From Podarcis pityusensis (Eukaryota): a stretch of DNA of 64,000 bases. The position numbers and the translations under genes are program-made. A model generated the notes under the pieces. The model saw only the letters and a list, made by a program, of their open reading frames with translations. It had not been told where the DNA came from and did no database searches. Shown one piece after another: positions 39,970-48,531 of this stretch. Numbering within the stretch: the first letter of the stretch is position 1; every line of letters starts with the position of its first letter. The stretch lies in NCBI GenBank assembly GCA_964106645.2, contig CAXKZF020000028.1. One strand, written 5' to 3'.

Positions 39970-40149
39970 ATGACCGACCCAACCAACTGCACCGACACCG
40001 ACGCCGAGACCGACACCGAGCCTGCTGTGCCCGGCGTCCCGGTCCTCGCCTCCCCCCTACCCGGCGAAGACGTCTTCGACATCGACGGCCCCGATCAAGA
40101 CGTCGACCAAACCCCCGGCGTCGACACCACCGAAGGAGACCTTCCGTGA
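39970..40149 (+). CDS. Small acidic protein upstream of the lysin
   Basis: RBS GGAAGGA; GTGA overlap with the lysin. Confidence 0.55.
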   Translation: MTDPTNCTDTDAETDTEPAVPGVPVLASPLPGEDVFDIDGPDQDVDQTPGVDTTEGDLP

Positions 40150-40958
40150 CGACCCGTAACCAAGTCCTGACCACAGCAGCGTCATACCTCGGGTACGTCG
40201 AGAAACGCACCAGGGCGCACCCGGAAGGGAACGTGACGATCTTCTGGGACGCGCTCCGCCCCGACTACCAAGGCGGCGCATGGTGCGCGGCGTTCGTGAA
40301 TTACTGCCTGAAAACCCAAGGGATCACCGTTATCCTCGACGAGGTCGACCACCCGTTCTACACCCCGTCGATGGAGGCGTGGGCGAAACGGACAGGGCGA
40401 TGGAAACAGTCGAAGGACTGCACCCCCGGCGACGTCCTCATCTTCACCGAGAAATCGACCGTGCACACCGGGTTCCTGGAACGGCAACGCGGCGGGTCCG
40501 TGCAAACCCTCGAGGGGAACACCTCCCCCGGTAACCGCGGCAGTCAAGCCAACGGTGGCGGCGTCTACCGGCGGGTCCGCGCCCGGTCCTGGGTCCGCGG
40601 CTGCATCGACATGTCCGACTTCTACAGCACCGCCCGGACGACACCGTCCGGGATGCCAGCGCCGCTAGTGCTTGACGGCGAGATGGGCACCAAAACCCTC
40701 GACGCGCTCCTGTGGTACGTCGCCGGCGCTGACCGGTCAACCGGGTGGACCCGCGACAACGTCCGCGACGTCCAGCAGTGGGTTGGTCGGCCCCGCACCG
40801 GGGTCCTGAACGGAGACGACGTCAAAGCGATCCAACGCAAGGTCGGGTCCGCGCCGGACGGGGACTGGCCCCGCCGCGTCGGCCAGAAATCCGACACCAC
40901 CCGCAGCGTCCAACGGTTCCTGAACGCCCGTATCCGCGAAGCATCCACCAAGAAGTAA
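40146..40958 (+). CDS. Endolysin (CHAP domain plus peptidoglycan-binding repeats)
   Basis: WCAAFV..HTGF..EGNT..NGGGVYRRVR; LDGEMGTKT, PDGDW. Confidence 0.9.
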   Translation: MTTRNQVLTTAASYLGYVEKRTRAHPEGNVTIFWDALRPDYQGGAWCAAFVNYCLKTQGITVILDEVDHPFYTPSMEAWAKRTGRWKQSKDCTPGDVLIFTEKSTVHTGFLERQRGGSVQTLEGNTSPGNRGSQANGGGVYRRVRARSWVRGCIDMSDFYSTARTTPSGMPAPLVLDGEMGTKTLDALLWYVAGADRSTGWTRDNVRDVQQWVGRPRTGVLNGDDVKAIQRKVGSAPDGDWPRRVGQKSDTTRSVQRFLNARIREASTKK

Positions 40959-40971
40959 GGGGAAACCTGCC

Positions 40972-41238
40972 ATGTCGATCATCCGCACCCAACCCGCGCT
41001 GGTCACCTCGACGGTGACCGCTGTCATCGTGCTGCTCGTCGCGTTCGGTGTCCCGATCAGCGACGACCAGCGCGCCGCCGTCGTCGCTGCTGTCGCCGCT
41101 GTCCTCGCGCTCCTCGCCGGGGTGACCACGCACGCGCTCGCGACACCGACCGCTGACCCGAAAGCCGCTGACGGGACGCCACTGGTGCCCGTCACCGACG
41201 CGCCACCGGCAGCGGGCACCGACCCGGCCGTCATGTAA
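40972..41238 (+). CDS. Holin
   Basis: Two TM segments, VAFGVPISDDQRAA, directly after the lysin. Confidence 0.85.
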   Translation: MSIIRTQPALVTSTVTAVIVLLVAFGVPISDDQRAAVVAAVAAVLALLAGVTTHALATPTADPKAADGTPLVPVTDAPPAAGTDPAVM

Positions 41239-41252
41239 CGCGGCGGCTGGGC

Positions 41253-42047
41253 ATGGACGCCATCGAACGAATCTGCATCGACTACGCGAACGTCCCCCGC
41301 ATCGTCGCCGACCAAGTCACGCAGCTGTTGCCGCCGTCGGTGAACCGCGACGACGTCGAACCCGCCGCGTGGGAGGGCCTGTTCATGGCCGCCCGGACGT
41401 GGCGGCCCGACGGCGGCGCCCCCTTGAAACAGTGGGTGTTCTGGCGCGTGAGGTACGCCGTCATTAGCGAGGTTCGCCGCACGTCACGGTTGACGCGCCC
41501 GAAAATCCGGCAGGCGCAAATCGTGGACGCAGCCGTCGCCGACCTCACAAACAGGATGCGGCGTGCGCCGACCCCTGCGGAGGTCGCCGCTGAGACCGGC
41601 CTCACCGTCGACGAACTCGACGTGTTGGCGTACGCCCGCTATCAGGCGCGCCGGCCCGTCTACATCGACGAGACGGAGGAACCGTTAGCGATCGCGGCGG
41701 CGCCGATGCTGGACCCCGACCGAGCAGACCCCTATCTGCTCGGATGGGTCCGCGCGGCAGTCGCCGCGCTCGATGACCGCAACCGGTACGTCATCACCGA
41801 GCTTTACTGGAACGACGCGTCAACAGGGCAGCTCGGCGACGAGCTCGGCGTGACCGCGTCGCGGGTGTCGCAGATCAAGTCGGAAACGACCACGGCGATC
41901 GGTGACGCGATCTGGTTCAACGTCCGCGGCGATCCGGGCGCCGACGTCGGCACCGGGATCGTCTCGCGGCGACGCGACGCCTACCGAGCCGCCGTCGCTG
42001 ACCAGTACCGGCACATGCAAGAAGACCGGGCCGCGACCGCGGCCTGA
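41253..42047 (+). CDS. Sigma-70 family factor, FliA/WhiG-like
   Basis: Region 2 DDVEPAAWEGLFMAARTWRPDGG, region 3 RAPTPAEVAAETG, region 4 LGVTASRVSQIK. Confidence 0.88.
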   Translation: MDAIERICIDYANVPRIVADQVTQLLPPSVNRDDVEPAAWEGLFMAARTWRPDGGAPLKQWVFWRVRYAVISEVRRTSRLTRPKIRQAQIVDAAVADLTNRMRRAPTPAEVAAETGLTVDELDVLAYARYQARRPVYIDETEEPLAIAAAPMLDPDRADPYLLGWVRAAVAALDDRNRYVITELYWNDASTGQLGDELGVTASRVSQIKSETTTAIGDAIWFNVRGDPGADVGTGIVSRRRDAYRAAVADQYRHMQEDRAATAA

Positions 42048-42055
42048 AACCGTTG

Positions 42056-42089
42056 ACGGCCCTCACCTCTCTGCGAGGTGGGGGCCGTT
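42056..42089 (+). terminator. Terminator-like hairpin after the sigma gene
   Basis: ACGGCCCTCACCTC-tctgc-GAGGTGGGGGCCGT. Confidence 0.65.
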
Positions 42090-42184
42090 CCGTCGTCTCT
42101 GCGGTCAGGCGCGGGTCGCTTACTGCTCGCCGTCCTGCCCGTGCGTCGACCCGCGCGGGAAGCGGTGACGCATCAGTGACGCAC

Positions 42185-42218
42185 GAGGCCCCCGAACGGT
42201 GTCCGTCCGGGGGCCTTT
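42185..42218. terminator. Hairpin downstream of the tRNA 3' end and of int
   Basis: GAGGCCCCCG-AACGG-tgt-CCGTC-CGGGGGCCTT. Confidence 0.65.
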
Positions 42219-42223
42219 ATTGC

Positions 42224-42273
42224 TGGTGGGCGATACAGGACTTGAACCTGTGACCTCTTCCGTGTCAAGGAAG
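42224..42273 (-). other. attP common core = 3' half of tRNA-Val(GAC)
   Basis: Reverse complement CTTCC-TTGACAC-GGAAG-AGGTC-ACAGG-TTCAAGT-CCTGT-ATCGCCC-ACCA; D-arm and 5' acceptor strand missing; adjacent to int. Confidence 0.92.
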
Positions 42274-42409
42274 GTAAGGCCGCAGATCAGGGGTTCGACG
42301 CGACAGCAAGCGTCGCCATGATGTCTCGCGACGTCTCATACCGGGTCACCCCCGAGCATGGTCCTGACGCTGGAATGACGCATACCGCACCATCACGACG
42401 CATCACGTC

Positions 42410-43450
42410 TCACACGGGAACGGTGGCCCGTTGACCCAACGCCGCCCGGGCCCGCGCCAACCGGCCGTCACCGGCGTGCAGATATCGCTCCGTCGCACGC
42501 AACGACGAATGCCCCATCAACGCTGCAATCTCATGCGGCGGAACCCCATTCTCCGCCAACCACGACCCGTACGTGTGTCGAAGATCATGCGGCGTCGGAT
42601 ACGGCAACGCCAGACCCGCCGCCTTCACGGCCGGCACGAACACGCGCCGCCGCCAGTTCGTGTAAGCCACGCCCGGGAACAGCATCCCCGATGACACGAA
42701 CGGCCGGAGCGCGTCCGCGACCCGATCCACCATCGGCACGACCCGTTGCCCCGCCGCGGACTTCGGCAACGGCTTCACAGACCCGTCCCGCAACGTCACC
42801 TCTACCACCATGAGTTGCCCACGACCGAAGTCCACCCGGTGCGCGTGCAAACCTGACGCCTCACCCCACCGCAGACCGCAATACGTCATCAACAGGATCA
42901 ACGCCTGATCCTGGGGCTGTGACACGTGAGCGAAGAGGGCGTCGAACTCGTCGACCGTGAGGAACCGGTCGACGTGCTTCGGCGCGCGAGGCAGCGGCAC
43001 ACCCGCGGTCGGGTCCACGCGGATCCGCTTGTGCCGGGTCGCGTCAGCCAGCATGTGCCGCAGCAACCGCACGGACTGTTGCGCCGCGACCGCGCCGACC
43101 TCGCGGCGGCGCATGTCACTGATCCACTGCTCAACGTCCAGAGGCGTGATGGCGCGTAGTTTCATCGCACCCCACCGAGGCTGTACGTGGTTGCGCCAGT
43201 GGGACCGGTCGCGCGCCAGCGTGTTGGCTTCGACGCTGCGCGCCGCTGACCATTCCGTCCACCACTGCTCGACGGTGACGTTTCCGTCTTGGGGGTCGGC
43301 CCACGACCCGCGGCGCATGTCCGCTTCCTGGTCCCGAGCCCATGTCTCCACGACACGTTTCAGGGGGTCGGTGCGGGTGCGGCGTGACCCGTCCGGGGTG
43401 CGGACGGTCGCCTGCCACTTCTGCGATGGGAGCTTACGAACGTAGGGCAC
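42410..43450 (-). CDS. int: Tyrosine integrase
   Basis: GLRWGE, PKS, HDLRHTY, MGHS..TERYLH catalytic residues; N-terminal arm-binding domain. Confidence 0.95.
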   Translation of the reverse strand: MPYVRKLPSQKWQATVRTPDGSRRTRTDPLKRVVETWARDQEADMRRGSWADPQDGNVTVEQWWTEWSAARSVEANTLARDRSHWRNHVQPRWGAMKLRAITPLDVEQWISDMRRREVGAVAAQQSVRLLRHMLADATRHKRIRVDPTAGVPLPRAPKHVDRFLTVDEFDALFAHVSQPQDQALILLMTYCGLRWGEASGLHAHRVDFGRGQLMVVEVTLRDGSVKPLPKSAAGQRVVPMVDRVADALRPFVSSGMLFPGVAYTNWRRRVFVPAVKAAGLALPYPTPHDLRHTYGSWLAENGVPPHEIAALMGHSSLRATERYLHAGDGRLARARAALGQRATVPV

Positions 43451-43721
43451 TGTCGCGCCGCCCTTCTTTGTCGCGCACGACGACGAGGCCTCGTCGACGG
43501 CCGGCGCGGTATCCGATGTCGTAGCCGACTTCGTACGCCTCATCTAATGATGCCGGGGTTCGTAGCAGGACCGCGGTTAGGGCGATCGCGCACCCCAGGA
43601 GTGACACGGTCAAGCCGATGTAGAAGTGCGGGCTGTTGGTGGCGAAGTTGAGTGCGGCGGTTGTGGCTCCTGCAATGACGGTCAGGCATCCGATGCCTGC
43701 GATGTATGTCGTCCTTGGCAT
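43434..43721 (-). CDS. Two-TM membrane protein between repressor and int
   Basis: Two hydrophobic helices, AYEVGYDIGY. Confidence 0.7.
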   Translation of the reverse strand: MPRTTYIAGIGCLTVIAGATTAALNFATNSPHFYIGLTVSLLGCAIALTAVLLRTPASLDEAYEVGYDIGYRAGRRRGLVVVRDKEGRRDSALRS

Positions 43722-43778
43722 ACGTCCCCCTTGGTGCGTGGTTTCCCCTGGCCGGGTGGTGCGGGGTGGGTGCCTGCC

Positions 43779-44099
43779 CTACTGGGCGCGGCGGTCCTGG
43801 TCGGCGGCGCTGACGCGGCGCTTGGCCCAGGCGATGGTTTCGGCCCGGACGCCGATCTCGGTGGCCGCGTCGAAGTCGTGGGCGGCGAGGGCGAAGAGCC
43901 CGTCGGCGGGTAGCCCGAGGCCTTGTTCGAGCCGCTTGAACGTGGAGTGTTTGACGTTGGGTTCGGCGTCGCGGATGCGGTAAAGGCTGGCGCGGCTGAT
44001 CCGTGTTCGTCGTTCGGCGTCGGGCCAGCTGTCGAAGGTGCGTCCGACTTCCATGTCGATGAGGTCGGCGATGAGTTGGCGGTCGAAGTGGGCTGACAT
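43779..44099 (-). CDS. Immunity repressor (XRE-type HTH)
   Basis: AERRTRISRASLYRIRD..TFKRLEQGLGL; RBS AGGAGG; divergent from the Cro/Xis gene. Confidence 0.8.
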   Translation of the reverse strand: MSAHFDRQLIADLIDMEVGRTFDSWPDAERRTRISRASLYRIRDAEPNVKHSTFKRLEQGLGLPADGLFALAAHDFDAATEIGVRAETIAWAKRRVSAADQDRRAQ

Positions 44100-44127
44100 G
44101 CGGGGGGCCTCCTGAGTAGGCGCATGT

Positions 44128-44276
44128 TGTCTCATAACGTCCCATACTGTCGCGCATCGGGTGCCCTGACGCCAACACTCTGGACGACCGTTCAACATCA
44201 CGGTTTGATCACAGCCCCAAATTCGTTGCCGCCGTGGGTTGCTCAAACTGTCTCATGCTGTCTAATGTCGTCTCAT
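44128..44276. promoter_or_regulatory. Divergent switch region: 10-bp phased YGTCTCAT repeats and a rightward promoter (TTGCTC-18-TAATGT), probably leaderless
   Basis: Repeats at 44128, 44138, 44249, 44259, 44269; -35 at 44239, -10 at 44263, ATG at 44275 with no RBS. Confidence 0.65.
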
Positions 44277-44481
44277 GACGCAGAGCGCACCCACCGAAAC
44301 GGGACTGCTGAGGCCCGCGGAGGCGGGCGACAAGCTTCGACTGTCCCGGTCCACCATCTACCGGCTCATCGAAAGCGGAGAGCTGGACACCGTCCACGTC
44401 GGCAACCGACAGGCCACCCGCATCACCCAGTCAACGATCAACGACTACATCGCGCGCCACAGCATCAAGCGCAGCGCCTGA
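44275..44481 (+). CDS. Cro/excisionase-type HTH protein
   Basis: LLRPAEAGDKLRLSRSTIYRLIESGEL..RITQSTINDYI. Confidence 0.88.
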   Translation: MTQSAPTETGLLRPAEAGDKLRLSRSTIYRLIESGELDTVHVGNRQATRITQSTINDYIARHSIKRSA

Positions 44482-45175
44482 CACCACCAGCACTCCGCCC
44501 GGTCGCCGTGACGACAGCGACCGGCGACCGGGCCGGAGAGCACCAATCCCACCTGAGACACCGCCGTAAGGCGATGCCGTCATGCCCTCACACGGCGAGG
44601 TGGGAGCGCACGAACCGCCCGGCCCGAACCATCCCCGGTTCACCAACGGCCGCGAGCACCCGCACCTTGCCAACTCCACAGCGAAGATCAGCTCACCCAC
44701 CCCAGGAGGAACCAACCCTGGGCCGGGTCTACAACGCGGTGAAGCCAGCCACACGCAAGCAGTGGTGGGCCGCATGAAGCTGACGCCCCGGAGCACGGGG
44801 CGACGTCCCACCGAGAGCCCGGACCACCGGGCCTGGGACACCAAGAACACGCCGCGCTCGGGTCTCCCTTGCAAGCGCGGCGACCTCGACCAGTAGAACG
44901 CCGGCACCAGCCGAGCGCGCCCCCGCCATCACCGGCGGGCCGGTGACGCGATGACAGCACCCCGGCCGCACCCCAGGTGCGCCTACACACCGTCGAGGTA
45001 GAAGCACACGACACCCGGCCCGTGAGACCGGTTACCTCTCGCAGTCCCGCGCCTGATCGCGTCAGCCGCCGCCACCCCTGGGCGGCGCATCGAAACAAAA
45101 GGCCACCGCCCGGCTCAACACCGGGGCGGGACACCAACACCCCCTCCCCTTCACCAGGCTCAGTTAGGAGCTGCC
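44482..45175 (+). ncRNA. Candidate structured RNA tract (hairpin array, several stems followed by ACCA)
   Basis: About ten GC-rich inverted repeats with A/C-rich linkers; no convincing ORF. Confidence 0.55.
45044..45136 (+). tRNA. Non-canonical or degenerate tRNA-like cloverleaf
   Basis: Acceptor GTCCCGC/GCGGGAC plus ACCA, D-stem CTGA/TCAG, 7-bp anticodon-position stem, T-arm CCCGG-CTCAACA-CCGGG. Confidence 0.55.
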
Positions 45176-45499
45176 ATGACCCACACCGACGACGCACTCG
45201 ACATGCGCGACCTGAACACCCACCAACGCTGGCACATAGCGGACGTCATCACCTACGCGATCGGGGCCGAGCTGTCCGACGTCGACGGCCTCACCGACCG
45301 CATCCGCGGCGGCGAATGGCTCGCCATCGACGAGGTCGCCGGCGGCGCCGACCAGATGGACGACCTCGCCAACCACCTCCGGCACGTGTGGCCGGACGCC
45401 GCCGCGTACCTCGAACAGCTCGCCGCGCAGACCCGCGCCGACCCCGACTGGGTGGGCGCAGACCGGGCCGTCGACGAATCCGTGTGGGCCGACGCATGA
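45176..45499 (+). CDS. Hypothetical protein
   Basis: RBS TAGGAG. Confidence 0.7.
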   Translation: MTHTDDALDMRDLNTHQRWHIADVITYAIGAELSDVDGLTDRIRGGEWLAIDEVAGGADQMDDLANHLRHVWPDAAAYLEQLAAQTRADPDWVGADRAVDESVWADA

Positions 45500-45687
45500 A
45501 GACCGCCGCGGCCCTGTACGTCGCCGCCACCGCGGTGATCGCGGGCGCTGTCGCTGAACGACTCACCGCGACCGGCGCACCCACCACAGCCGTATGGGTC
45601 GTTACCGCGGTCATCGTCGGCCTGTCCGGGCTCGGCGGGTACGTCCTCGCCGCCGCCACCTACCAGGTGCGGGGGCGGTCGTCGTGA
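45496..45687 (+). CDS. Small two-TM membrane protein
   Basis: ATGA overlap; hydrophobic. Confidence 0.6.
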   Translation: MKTAAALYVAATAVIAGAVAERLTATGAPTTAVWVVTAVIVGLSGLGGYVLAAATYQVRGRSS

Positions 45688-45878
45688 CGGTCATGCTCAC
45701 CTTCCTGGCGTGCACCGTGTACGTCGCCGCGCTGATCTGGTTCATCGCGTGGTGGTCACGGCAACACGCCCAGACCGGACGCCGCGAATGCGCGCAATGC
45801 GGTGCCCGGCTCGCACCGACCCCGCCAGGACTCCCCCGCACCGACTTCTGCCCCGCCCACGCATGGCGGGGACAGTGA
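45684..45878 (+). CDS. Small membrane-anchored Zn-ribbon protein
   Basis: TM segment then CAQCG..FCPAH. Confidence 0.6.
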   Translation: MTVMLTFLACTVYVAALIWFIAWWSRQHAQTGRRECAQCGARLAPTPPGLPRTDFCPAHAWRGQ

Positions 45879-46090
45879 CCGCGAACCGGGAACGGTGGTC
45901 CGAGCGGGAACACCGATACGTCACCGACGACGAACTCGACTACACCAACCCCGCGAACTGCTACGGCCACAACCACCCGACCCGGCACGTACCGGAACCG
46001 GCGCCGAACCCGCTGACCGGTCCCGAGTTGATCGCCGCGCTCCAAGCCGCCGTGAACCGTCGCCGCGCCGAACGCAAGGAGAACCCGTGA
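45875..46090 (+). CDS. Hypothetical protein
   Basis: GTGA overlaps at both ends. Confidence 0.5.
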   Translation: MTANRERWSEREHRYVTDDELDYTNPANCYGHNHPTRHVPEPAPNPLTGPELIAALQAAVNRRRAERKENP

Positions 46091-46275
46091 ACCCCGCAAC
46101 GTTGCAGGCAGCGCACCGCGCCGCCGCCCGAGCGATCGCCGCCATCCTCAACGACCCGGCCATCTACGAAGGCGTCCCCGAAGAGAACGTCGAAGCGGTC
46201 TGCGAACTCCTGACCGACTGGTATTCGCGGCACGACGACGAATCCGCTGCCGTCACCCCCCGGAAACCGTGGTGA
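46087..46275 (+). CDS. Hypothetical protein
   Basis: RBS AAGGAG, GTGA overlap. Confidence 0.55.
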   Translation: MNPATLQAAHRAAARAIAAILNDPAIYEGVPEENVEAVCELLTDWYSRHDDESAAVTPRKPW

Positions 46276-46429
46276 CCGGCTTTGCCTCGTGGTGGCGGAC
46301 GCGAGTGGCGCGCCGCGCCGCCCGGACCAGCACCCGCCACAACGAATCACGGTGCGGACACCCCAACGCCAGCTACTTCACGCCGGAGGTTTGCCCGTCC
46401 CCGGTCACACCCCAAAGGAGGGATCGCGG

Positions 46430-47422
46430 ATGACTGACTCCGGCTCGAGCGAACCCACAGGCGCCGGTCCCGACAGTGACGACGTGCTCCCCGCCGACGC
46501 CGACCGACCCGACTGGCTCGCGGCTCGATTGAGCGGGATTGGCGGGTCCGACGCATCCACCATCGCAGGCGTCAACCCGTACTCAAGCCTGTATGAGCTG
46601 TGGCTCGACAAGACCGGGCAGGCCATCGAGAAGCCAGTGACGTCCGCGATGCGTTTCGGGCACCTCATCGAGGGCCCCGCCCGTCAAGTGTTCACCGAGG
46701 ACACCGGGATCGGGGTCCGTCTCTCCGGTCTGCAACGGTCGAAGGCGCGGCCGTGGCAGCTCTGCACCCCCGACGGGATCACCGACGACGGGGGCCTGTT
46801 CGAGTGCAAGTCCGTCGGGTGGCGCCTCGCGGACGACTGGGGTGACGACCAGATCGGCGACCACGCCGAGGTGCAGGTGCAGCACGGGATGGACGTGACC
46901 GGGCTCCGGCACGCGTGGGTGATCGCCTGCATCGACCGCGAGTTCGTCATCCGACGCGTCGACTACGACCCCGAACTCGCCGCGACGATCCGCGGCATGG
47001 CCGATGAGTTCTGGCACCGGAACGTCCTCGACGGCGTCGAGCCGGCGATTGTCGCCCGAGATCTTGGCGCGGCCCGCCGCCGGTGGGCGATCGCGTCGCA
47101 GGACGTGAAGCTGTCCTCGACGCCGTGGCTACCTGAGCAGCTCGCTGAGCTCGCGCACGTGAAGCGCGCCGCGGCCGACCTCGCTGATCGCCGGGCACGG
47201 CTGGAAGCCGAGTTGATCGACTACATCGGCGACGCCGAAGGCGCTGGCGTCATTGACGAAAACGGCGACGGTTTCGTCACCGTCACCCGCAAATCCCACA
47301 CCCGTGCCGGGTTCGACAAAGCGTCGTTCGGCGCGGACCACCCGGACCTGCTTGAGCAGTACACCACCACCACCTATTACCGGCAGCTCAACGTGCTGTC
47401 GAAACCGAAGAAGGTGAGCTGA
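46430..47422 (+). CDS. YqaJ/RecE-type exonuclease
   Basis: WLAARLSGIGGSDA..ELWLDKTG..TPDG..FECKS..QVQHGM. Confidence 0.92.
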   Translation: MTDSGSSEPTGAGPDSDDVLPADADRPDWLAARLSGIGGSDASTIAGVNPYSSLYELWLDKTGQAIEKPVTSAMRFGHLIEGPARQVFTEDTGIGVRLSGLQRSKARPWQLCTPDGITDDGGLFECKSVGWRLADDWGDDQIGDHAEVQVQHGMDVTGLRHAWVIACIDREFVIRRVDYDPELAATIRGMADEFWHRNVLDGVEPAIVARDLGAARRRWAIASQDVKLSSTPWLPEQLAELAHVKRAAADLADRRARLEAELIDYIGDAEGAGVIDENGDGFVTVTRKSHTRAGFDKASFGADHPDLLEQYTTTTYYRQLNVLSKPKKVS

Positions 47423-47423
47423 A

Positions 47424-48362
47424 ATGGCACGTGACCTCGCTCAGCGAGTCAGCAACAACCAGGCCGCCCGGTCAGGCGCCGGGCCGTCCCTCGTCGATGA
47501 CATCCGCAACATGGAGTCGTCGTTCTCGATGGCGATGCCCCGCGGGAACGAAGCGGCGCAGCTCGTGCGTGACGCGCTCACGTGTCTGCGGACGACGCCG
47601 AAGCTCGCCGAATGCGACCACGCGTCGGTGCTCGGCGGGTTGATGACGTGCGCGCAGCTCGGTTTACGGCCAGGTGTCGCGGCGCTCGGTCACGCGTGGT
47701 TGCTGCCGTTCTGGAACAAGAAGCGAACCATCCTGACGACCGAGAAAACGCAGGTGCCGTCACCGGGCCTGTCCGCGCAGCTCATCATCGGCTATCAGGG
47801 GTACGCGGACCTCGCTAACCGGTCCGGGAAGATCGCGTCGATGTCCGCGCGGACCGTGTACTCCAATGACGTGTTCGACATCGATTACGGCCTCAATGAG
47901 CGGCTCGTCCACATTCCCGCCCGCGGTGGGCGCGGCGACCCGATCGGTTACTACTCGATCGTGAAGACCGCGACCGGTGGCGCAATGTTCGAGAACATGT
48001 GGCGCGAGGAAGCCGAGGAGTGGCGAGACAGGTTCGCGATGGCCCGGTTCAAGGACCGGGCGTCGGGGACCGAGAAGATCGTCGGCCCGTGGGCCGATCA
48101 CTTCGACCGGATGGCTGAGAAGACCTGTTTCTTGCGGATGCGTCGGTGGATCCCGAAGTCGACAGAGCTGGTGCAGGCGTTCCAGGCCGACGGGGCGCTG
48201 CGCGTGGACATGTCGCCGCAGTCCGACCCGGGTGATGTGTCCGTCCCGGTCGGGGAGCTGTCCGACGTCGGCGTCATCTCCGACGATGAACCGCCGACGG
48301 GCGCTCCCTCTGCGGAGGGCGAGGACCTGTGGGCGAAGGAAGCTGCGGAGGCTGGCCGATGA
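47424..48362 (+). CDS. recT: RecT single-strand annealing protein
   Basis: TPKLAEC..CAQLGLRPG..LIIGYQG..PWADHFDRMAEKT..PKS. Confidence 0.93.
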   Translation: MARDLAQRVSNNQAARSGAGPSLVDDIRNMESSFSMAMPRGNEAAQLVRDALTCLRTTPKLAECDHASVLGGLMTCAQLGLRPGVAALGHAWLLPFWNKKRTILTTEKTQVPSPGLSAQLIIGYQGYADLANRSGKIASMSARTVYSNDVFDIDYGLNERLVHIPARGGRGDPIGYYSIVKTATGGAMFENMWREEAEEWRDRFAMARFKDRASGTEKIVGPWADHFDRMAEKTCFLRMRRWIPKSTELVQAFQADGALRVDMSPQSDPGDVSVPVGELSDVGVISDDEPPTGAPSAEGEDLWAKEAAEAGR

Positions 48363-48531
48363 CCGCCCACGACGAAAGGATCGAACGCGGTGTTCGGCGC
48401 GGCACCGACTCCGGGAGGCGTCATGTGTCTGTGAACGTGCACCACTCGATCAACCTTGATATTGACCTCCGGGAAGTGCTCACCCGCCTCGAATTAGCCG
48501 ATGTCGCATGGGGTGAACGGCGCTCGTTCCC

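Larger units (their letters stand above)
42166..42405. repeat. Putative integrase arm-type sites (TGACGCATCA-like) flanking the att core
   Basis: Copies at 42166 and 42177 on one side; 42365, 42376 and 42396 on the other. Confidence 0.6.

Noticed and set aside
42224-42273. Functional tRNA-Val gene
   Set aside because: Only the anticodon arm to CCA is present; interpreted as the attP core
44124-45197. ORFs predicted across the hairpin tract
   Set aside because: Low-complexity Arg/Pro translations, no RBS coupling, mutually overlapping
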